DNA of 64,000 bases from Bacteroidales bacterium (GTDB lineage Bacteria; Bacteroidota; Bacteroidia; Bacteroidales; 4484-276), in assembly GCA_014860585.1 (NCBI GenBank), contig JACZJL010000027.1:10242-74241 (forward strand), in the 5' to 3' direction. The translations under genes were made by a program, and so were the position numbers. The notes beneath the pieces are model-generated. The model was not told where the DNA came from. It did not search any database and saw nothing but the letters and a program-made list of their open reading frames with translations. Of this stretch, positions 37,727 to 44,623 are shown in pieces (the stretch's first letter is position 1; each line of letters opens with the position of its first letter).

Positions 37727-38596
37727 TTGACAAAAAATGGGCACATAGCGTTCATTTTCATCCTTTCTATCATTGTCCTCGGATCAATGATCATGCTGTA
37801 TTTTTTAGGATCGTCATATTATCAGGTCCCACTTGAAGAAAGATATTTTCACCCGGATCACCAAAATTTAAAATCCAGCGGGATTATTGGTCATGGTTTG
37901 GGTATTTTGGGTTCATTATTCATGATTTTTGGAGTGGTTTCTTACATGGCCCGAAAAAGGTATCGCTTTTTATCACGGATGGGATTTCTCAAGCACTGGC
38001 TTGAGTTTCACATCTTCCTTTGTACGCTTGGTCCTTTATTAATCCTAAGCCATACTACATTTAAGTTCGGCGGTATTGTAGCTATTAGTTTCTGGAGTAT
38101 GGTAGCAGTTTTTCTAAGTGGCATTGTCGGAAGGTTTATCTACATTCAAATCCCCCGAAGTATTGAGGGCAGGGAGTTAAGTCTGAATGAAATTCGCACG
38201 ATGAAGAAGAATATTGACAACATAATAAGGGAAAATTACAATCTGGATGATAATAGCATCGCTGGTATCGAAAATTTGATTTCAAAAACCAATCGGGATG
38301 CGACAAAAGCCGGGGGATTTATTTTCAGTAGTAATTTTGTAGCTGATGTAAAGCAAATAAGGAAGTTAAAGGTCTTACTGAAACGGGATGACCTTGCAAA
38401 AGGAGATATGAGGAAAATTCTCAGGTTGGTTAAGGATGAGATGGCAATAAACCGCAGAATTGAAAGGCTCAATATGATGCAGAACCTTTTCCGGTACTGG
38501 CATGTAGCCCATCTGCCATTTGCCCTTGTTATGCTGATTATTATGGTTATTCATATTATTGTCACTGTCACATTTGGTTACCACTGGATATTTTAA
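37727..38596 (+). CDS. 5-TM membrane protein with two H-x13-H helices; candidate di-haem b-type transmembrane electron carrier
   Basis: TTG start in the track; the first in-frame ATG would delete TM1. Predicted TM segments are ~7-27, 53-73, 91-111, 115-140 and 254-283. Basic loops (ARKRYRFLSRMGFLK, and a 110-aa charged loop) fall on one side. His95/His109 lie in TM3 and His262/His276 in TM5, each pair separated by exactly 13 residues. Confidence 0.6.
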   Translation: MTKNGHIAFIFILSIIVLGSMIMLYFLGSSYYQVPLEERYFHPDHQNLKSSGIIGHGLGILGSLFMIFGVVSYMARKRYRFLSRMGFLKHWLEFHIFLCTLGPLLILSHTTFKFGGIVAISFWSMVAVFLSGIVGRFIYIQIPRSIEGRELSLNEIRTMKKNIDNIIRENYNLDDNSIAGIENLISKTNRDATKAGGFIFSSNFVADVKQIRKLKVLLKRDDLAKGDMRKILRLVKDEMAINRRIERLNMMQNLFRYWHVAHLPFALVMLIIMVIHIIVTVTFGYHWIF

Positions 38597-38598
38597 CG

Positions 38599-39930
38599 AT
38601 GGAAGTAATTATTGAAGAGATTCTGACCTACGCGCTTGTTATTACATTATGCCTGTTCGTGGTGTTTATTTACCTGCGGAGGCAGAAGAGTATTTCAAGA
38701 AAAACTGAAGAGAAAATCAAACTGGCAAAGGAGGAAGGGCTTTTTGAACCCATTTCGTTGCATCCGGTAGTTGATCCGGGCAGTTGCATAAAAACCGGTG
38801 CATGCATTGCAGCGTGTCCTGAAAAAGATATTCTGGGCATTGTTAACGGGAAAGCAACAACCATTAATGCATCGCGCTGTGTAGGTCATGGGGCATGCTT
38901 TCATGCCTGTCCCACCGAAGCCATAACTTTGTGTATTGGCACCGAAAAACGTGGCGTTGACCTACCTCACGTAAACGAAAATTTCGAGACCAATATACCT
39001 GGTATATTCATTGCCGGTGAACTTGGAGGCATGGGATTAATCAAAAATGCTGTGGAGCAGGGGAGGCAGGCAGTGGAGAATATTGTAAAAAAAATCAAAG
39101 AAAAACACGGCGCCGATTATGATCTGATTATTGTTGGCGCTGGTCCGGCAGGAATATCGGCTTCACTGACCGCTAAAAAGCACAACCTTAATTTCATTAC
39201 TTTAGAGCAGGATTCACTGGGAGGAACGGTTTTTACTTTTCCCCGTTCAAAAATTGTCATGACTTCTCCCATGAATTTGCCCCTGCACGGCAAAGTCAAA
39301 CTATATGAAACAAGTAAACCCCAATTGCTTGAACTTTGGTTGGAGGTGTTGAAAAAAAACGGGATCACTATCCGCGAACATCAAAAAGTCGATGCAATCA
39401 TCCCGGTTAATCATCACTTTCAATTAAAGACCCTTGATGGGACAACTTACACATCAAAATGTGTACTGCTGGCTATCGGGCGTCGCGGGACACCACGAAA
39501 ACTAAACATACCGGGAGAACAGTCAATAAAGGTCGCCTACAGGCTGCTTGAACCAGAAATCATTACAGGGAAAAATATTCTGGTTGTGGGGGGTGGTGAT
39601 TCTGCCATCGAATCTGCACTTTTGCTTGCCAATCAGAACAATGTTCTACTCTCTTATCGGGGTGAAACATTTAGCAGGATTAAGGCTAAAAATAAAATCA
39701 AAATTGAAGAAGCGATTGGGTTGGGGAAAATAGATATAAAATTTAGTTCAACCGTTTCAGCGATTGAGGAGGCCACAATCACACTCAAAGTTGAAGAAAA
39801 TGGAGAATCGCTGAAAATTAAAAACGACCTGGTTTTTATCTTTGCGGGCGGTGAATTGCCCACTGAGTTTTTAAAAAAAGCCGGCATCGAAATAACAAGT
39901 AAATATGGGGAAAGCATTTTAAAGCATTGA
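38599..39930 (+). CDS. Membrane-anchored 2x[4Fe-4S] ferredoxin domain fused to FAD/NAD(P)-binding (thioredoxin-reductase-like) oxidoreductase
   Basis: N-terminal TM segment (ILTYALVITLCLFVVFIYL) followed by RRQKSISRK. Two ferredoxin-type clusters: CIKTGACIAACP and CVGHGACFHACP. Rossmann motifs DLIIVGAGPAGISASL (FAD) and ILVVGGGDSAIESAL (NAD(P)). It starts 2 nt after the previous stop. Confidence 0.85.
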   Translation: MEVIIEEILTYALVITLCLFVVFIYLRRQKSISRKTEEKIKLAKEEGLFEPISLHPVVDPGSCIKTGACIAACPEKDILGIVNGKATTINASRCVGHGACFHACPTEAITLCIGTEKRGVDLPHVNENFETNIPGIFIAGELGGMGLIKNAVEQGRQAVENIVKKIKEKHGADYDLIIVGAGPAGISASLTAKKHNLNFITLEQDSLGGTVFTFPRSKIVMTSPMNLPLHGKVKLYETSKPQLLELWLEVLKKNGITIREHQKVDAIIPVNHHFQLKTLDGTTYTSKCVLLAIGRRGTPRKLNIPGEQSIKVAYRLLEPEIITGKNILVVGGGDSAIESALLLANQNNVLLSYRGETFSRIKAKNKIKIEEAIGLGKIDIKFSSTVSAIEEATITLKVEENGESLKIKNDLVFIFAGGELPTEFLKKAGIEITSKYGESILKH

Positions 39931-39956
39931 TCTAACCATGAAGTAATCATACCGAA

Positions 39957-41549
39957 ATGAATGAGCAGAATGTAAAAATATCAATCACCCTTGTGTTCCA
40001 TTTGATCCTCGCCTTGCTGGTCAACGGACAGATTTCACCTGGTGACCTGGCCGCAGTACATGCTCATCTCGAAGGCTTGTCTAACTGTACCAAATGCCAT
40101 ACCTTAGGGGATAAAGTAACGGATGAAAAATGCCTTGATTGTCATGTTGCGATCAAAACGCTTATTGGACAGAAAAGGGGTTACCATGCATCCTCAGAAG
40201 TAAAAGCCAGGAACTGTTTTGAGTGCCATAACGATCATCATGGGAGGAACTTTCAGATTATCCGGTTCGATCCCAATAAGTTTGATCATGACCTGAGCGG
40301 GTATAAATTGGAAGGAGCCCATGCAAATAAAGATTGTAAAGATTGCCATAACAATGATTTTATAAAGGATTCAAAACTAAAAGAGAAACAGAGTACTTAC
40401 CTGGGTCTGGAAACAACCTGTCTTTCCTGCCACGACGACTACCATCAGAAAACGCTGCAGGAAAATTGCCTGGATTGCCATAATTTTGAAGGATTTAAAC
40501 CCGCGCCTAAATTCGATCACAAAAATTCAAAATTCCAATTGCGCGGGAAACATCAACAGGTTGAATGTATTAAATGTCATAAAATTGAAGAACAGAACGG
40601 AAAGACTTTCCAGGTATTTAAAGGGGTGGCATTTGCAAACTGCACCAATTGTCACGTGGATGTTCACAACAACAAATTCGGGTCGAATTGCAAGCAATGT
40701 CACACTGAAGAATCATTTCATATTTTGCCGGACCTGAATGTTTTTAATCATAACCGTACCCCCTTCCCATTGGAGGGAAAACATATCAGCGTTGATTGCA
40801 AAAAATGCCATAAAACAAAATATACCGATCCATTGCCCCACAATTCCTGCATGGATTGTCATGAAGATTATCACAAAGGCCAGTTTACGACTGATGACAA
40901 GCGGGCTGATTGTATTTCATGCCATACTGTACAAGGTTTTCAGGGTTCATCGTTTACTATCGAAAGACACAATGAAACCCATTTTTCGCTCACCGGGGCG
41001 CATCTTGCAACACCCTGCTTTGCCTGTCACTATAAAGATGAGACATGGAATTTCAGAAATATCGGGATCACATGCAACGATTGTCATGAAGATATCCATA
41101 ACGACTTAATTGACAAAAAATATTATCCCGATTCGGACTGCAATACATGCCATGAAACTTCCCGCTGGCGTGATGTAAACTTTGATCATTCACTCACTGA
41201 ATTTGAACTTGAGGGTGAACATGCGAAGCAGCTTTGCCGGGCGTGTCATTTCCCAATGTTTGATGGCGTTAAGGCACAGCGCTTCAATATTTTGACATCG
41301 GAGTGCATCCAATGCCATGAAGATGTTCATTTCAACCAATTTAATGAAGGTGGTCAAACAGATTGCCTGCATTGTCATTCCTTCGAAAACTGGGAAGCCA
41401 GCCATTTCGATCATAACAATACAAGATTCCCCCTTGACGGAAAGCATAAAGATGTGGCATGTAAAAAATGTCATTTAGAAGTTGTTCAGGGGGACAGGGT
41501 TTATACACAATATAAAATGGAGCGTTTCCAATGCAAAGACTGTCATTAA
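39957..41549 (+). CDS. Multihaem c-type cytochrome, 20 CxxCH motifs (c7/c3-like triheme repeats)
   Basis: I counted 20 CxxCH in 530 aa. N-terminal signal/anchor: ISITLVFHLILALLVNG. The recurring unit is F(D/N)H..F.L.G.H....C..CH. Confidence 0.95.
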   Translation: MNEQNVKISITLVFHLILALLVNGQISPGDLAAVHAHLEGLSNCTKCHTLGDKVTDEKCLDCHVAIKTLIGQKRGYHASSEVKARNCFECHNDHHGRNFQIIRFDPNKFDHDLSGYKLEGAHANKDCKDCHNNDFIKDSKLKEKQSTYLGLETTCLSCHDDYHQKTLQENCLDCHNFEGFKPAPKFDHKNSKFQLRGKHQQVECIKCHKIEEQNGKTFQVFKGVAFANCTNCHVDVHNNKFGSNCKQCHTEESFHILPDLNVFNHNRTPFPLEGKHISVDCKKCHKTKYTDPLPHNSCMDCHEDYHKGQFTTDDKRADCISCHTVQGFQGSSFTIERHNETHFSLTGAHLATPCFACHYKDETWNFRNIGITCNDCHEDIHNDLIDKKYYPDSDCNTCHETSRWRDVNFDHSLTEFELEGEHAKQLCRACHFPMFDGVKAQRFNILTSECIQCHEDVHFNQFNEGGQTDCLHCHSFENWEASHFDHNNTRFPLDGKHKDVACKKCHLEVVQGDRVYTQYKMERFQCKDCH

Positions 41550-44500
41550 TTTTTCTGGTTGTGGTACCCATCCTTTTTGTCGCATTCCAGGCGACAAAAT
41601 CACCACATGGCGAAAAGTTTGAAATGGATTGTGGAATATGCCACAGTCCTGAAGGATGGCAACTGGACAAGGAACATTATAGTTTCGATCACAGTACCAC
41701 ACAGTTTCCCCTCGCCGGGCAGCATCAGACTTTTAATTGCCGGGGCTGTCATGTTTCGCTGATTTTTTATGAAGCCCAAACGGAGTGTATTTCATGTCAT
41801 ACCGACATTCATGAACAAACTGTTGGTATGGAATGTGAAAGGTGTCATACTCCTCAAAACTGGTTGGTCCCCAATATAACCGAGATTCACCAGATGAGCC
41901 GTTTTCCTTTGATTGGACCCCATGTCACAGCCGCTTGTTCTGATTGCCACGTTTCTGCAAGTTTACTTCGGTTTGAACCATTAGATACAGAATGTGTCGC
42001 TTGTCATGAAGATGATTATCTGGCTGCCACTAATCCAAATCATGTTGAGAACAACTATTCTACAAATTGTGCTGAATGTCATAACCTCTATACTTTTACA
42101 TGGACCGGGGTTGGAATTGATCACAGTTTTTTCCCTCTCAACCAGGGGCACAACATTGCCGATTGCTTTCAATGCCATACTCCAGGGGCTGATTACTCTA
42201 ATATCTCCAACGATTGCTTTTCCTGCCACGAACAAGATTATTATGCTTCGGATAACCCCAACCATACTGCTTCAGGTTTTTCGACAGAATGTAACACTTG
42301 TCATACTTTAGCTCCAGATTGGAAGCCTGCCGATTACAGAGAACATGATGCCCTGTACTTCCCAATTTATTCTGGAGAACACAATGGCGAATGGAATGAT
42401 TGTGCGGATTGCCACAGCGATTTTTCCAACTTCTCCGTATTCACTTGCACTGACTGTCATGAACACAATAAAAATGACATGGATAACGAGCATGATGATA
42501 TTAGTGGTTATTTATACGAAAGTATGGCTTGCTATGGATGTCACCCGACTGGCACGAGCGATGATAGTTTCGATCACAATGCCACTGCTTTTCCGCTTAC
42601 TGGGTTCCATCTTCAAACACTTTGCAGCGGGTGCCATATTTCAGGATATACCGGTACTCCAACTGATTGTTTTGCCTGTCACGAACCTGATTACACCCAG
42701 TCAATTAATCCAAACCATGTCGAACTCGGTTTTGACAATGATTGCGCCTTATGCCATACAACCCAGGCAGGATGGGAGCCTGCAACATTTGACCAGCACA
42801 ACGAAGTTTATGCCTTGACAGGTGCACATGCTGGAATTGCCAACAATTGCGCCGACTGCCATAACGGCCAGTACAACAACACGCCAAATGCTTGCGTCGG
42901 TTGCCATCTAGAAAATTACAACCAGACTACTGATCCTCCTCATGAAGCGGTTCAATTTTCGACCGAATGTGATCTTTGCCACTCCACAGCGGCCTGGGAG
43001 CCCTCTACTTTTGATCATGACGGGCAATATTTCCCTATTTACAGCGGCAATCATAACGGTGAGTGGGAATCCTGCACCGACTGTCATACTGCTCCTGGTA
43101 ATTATGGTTTATTCAGTTGCATTGATTGTCACGAACACAACCAAATCGACACGGACAGGGAGCATCAGGGAGTGGGAGGTTATATTTATGAAAGTACCGC
43201 ATGTTACGAGTGTCATCCGACAGGAGAAGCCTCAGGCGCCTTCAATCACAACACCTCGTCATTTCCCCTCACTGGAGCACATATATTAACCGGCTGCATT
43301 GATTGCCACGAAAATGGTTATGCAGGTACACCTTTCGAATGTTTTGCATGCCACGAACCGGACTATACCCAGTCGATAAATCCAAATCATGTTGAACTCG
43401 GTTTTGCCACTGATTGCGCATTATGCCACACAACTCAGGTGGGATGGGAGCCTGCATCATTTGACCAGCATAACGAAGTTTATGTGTTGACAGGCGCACA
43501 TGCCGAAATTGCCAACAATTGCGCCGACTGCCATAACGGCCAGTACAACAACACGCCAAATGCTTGCGTCGGTTGCCATCTAGAAAATTACAACCAGACT
43601 ACTGATCCTCCTCATGAAGCCGTTCAATTTTCCACCGAATGTGAGCTATGCCACTCCACAGCAGCCTGGGAGCCTTCTACTTTTGATCATGACGGGCAAT
43701 ATTTCCCAATTTACAGCGGCAACCATAACGGTGAGTGGGAATCCTGCACTGACTGCCATACTGCTCCTGGTAATTATGGTTTATTCAGTTGCATTGATTG
43801 TCACGAGCACAACCAAATCGACACGGACAGGGAGCATCAGGGAGTGGGAGGTTATATTTATGAAAGTACCGCATGTTACGAGTGTCATCCGACAGGAGAA
43901 GCCTCGGGCGCATTCAATCACAACACCTCGTCATTTCCCCTTACTGGAGCACACATAATAGCAGGCTGCATTGATTGCCACGAAAATAGTTATGCAGGCA
44001 CACCTACCGATTGTTTTGCCTGCCATGAACCCGATTTCAACACATCAGTCAACCCAAATCATGTCGAGCTCGGTTTTGCCAATGATTGTGCTTTATGCCA
44101 CAGCACACAGCCAGGATGGGAACCTGCCACCCTTAATAACCATAATGATTATTATGTGCTGGAAGGAGCGCACAGTGCCATTGCCAACAATTGTGCGGAA
44201 TGTCATAACGGAAACTACAACAACACTCCCAACAGTTGCTTTGGTTGCCATGAAGAGCAGTACAATCAGTCTAATAATCCCCCACATCTCTCGGCTCAGT
44301 TTCCGATAGAATGTGAGACCTGTCATACACAAAGTGTTTGGGTACCATCAACATTTAATCATGATGCCATGTATTTTCCAATATACAGCGGAAAGCACAA
44401 AGATGAATGGGATGCCTGCGTGGACTGCCATATCAACCCGGGTAATTATGCCATTTTTAGCTGCATTGATTGCCATGAACACAACCAGCCAGATATGGAT

Positions 44501-44623
44501 GATGAACATGAAGATGTTCCGGGATACCAATACAACAGCCTGGCCTGCTATGCATGTCATCCCAACGGCAGAGCGCCAATGCAAATGAATAAGATGGACG
44601 TAAATATCAGAATCGATGATTAA
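41531..44623 (+). CDS. Multihaem c-type cytochrome, 40 CxxCH motifs, four 9-haem modules
   Basis: I counted 40 CxxCH in 1030 aa. Signal peptide: MQRLSLIFLVVVPILFVAFQA. The start overlaps the previous gene by 19 nt. The ~224-aa module ending in C(Y)xCHP(T/N)G recurs four times. Confidence 0.95.
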   Translation: MQRLSLIFLVVVPILFVAFQATKSPHGEKFEMDCGICHSPEGWQLDKEHYSFDHSTTQFPLAGQHQTFNCRGCHVSLIFYEAQTECISCHTDIHEQTVGMECERCHTPQNWLVPNITEIHQMSRFPLIGPHVTAACSDCHVSASLLRFEPLDTECVACHEDDYLAATNPNHVENNYSTNCAECHNLYTFTWTGVGIDHSFFPLNQGHNIADCFQCHTPGADYSNISNDCFSCHEQDYYASDNPNHTASGFSTECNTCHTLAPDWKPADYREHDALYFPIYSGEHNGEWNDCADCHSDFSNFSVFTCTDCHEHNKNDMDNEHDDISGYLYESMACYGCHPTGTSDDSFDHNATAFPLTGFHLQTLCSGCHISGYTGTPTDCFACHEPDYTQSINPNHVELGFDNDCALCHTTQAGWEPATFDQHNEVYALTGAHAGIANNCADCHNGQYNNTPNACVGCHLENYNQTTDPPHEAVQFSTECDLCHSTAAWEPSTFDHDGQYFPIYSGNHNGEWESCTDCHTAPGNYGLFSCIDCHEHNQIDTDREHQGVGGYIYESTACYECHPTGEASGAFNHNTSSFPLTGAHILTGCIDCHENGYAGTPFECFACHEPDYTQSINPNHVELGFATDCALCHTTQVGWEPASFDQHNEVYVLTGAHAEIANNCADCHNGQYNNTPNACVGCHLENYNQTTDPPHEAVQFSTECELCHSTAAWEPSTFDHDGQYFPIYSGNHNGEWESCTDCHTAPGNYGLFSCIDCHEHNQIDTDREHQGVGGYIYESTACYECHPTGEASGAFNHNTSSFPLTGAHIIAGCIDCHENSYAGTPTDCFACHEPDFNTSVNPNHVELGFANDCALCHSTQPGWEPATLNNHNDYYVLEGAHSAIANNCAECHNGNYNNTPNSCFGCHEEQYNQSNNPPHLSAQFPIECETCHTQSVWVPSTFNHDAMYFPIYSGKHKDEWDACVDCHINPGNYAIFSCIDCHEHNQPDMDDEHEDVPGYQYNSLACYACHPNGRAPMQMNKMDVNIRIDD
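42668..44011 (+). repeat. Two tandem 672-bp coding repeats (9-haem module) with near identity
   Basis: A 60-nt stretch starting at 42841 (caacaattgcgccgactgccataacggccagtacaacaac...) is identical at 43513, an offset of 672. The following 60 nt differ at one base. The flanks are more diverged. Confidence 0.85.

Noticed and set aside
41531-44623. Regular 672-bp periodicity that could be mistaken for a non-coding tandem repeat or array.
   Set aside because: The period is an exact multiple of three inside one long ORF, and every unit encodes CxxCH motifs. It is a coding module duplication, not a CRISPR array or satellite.
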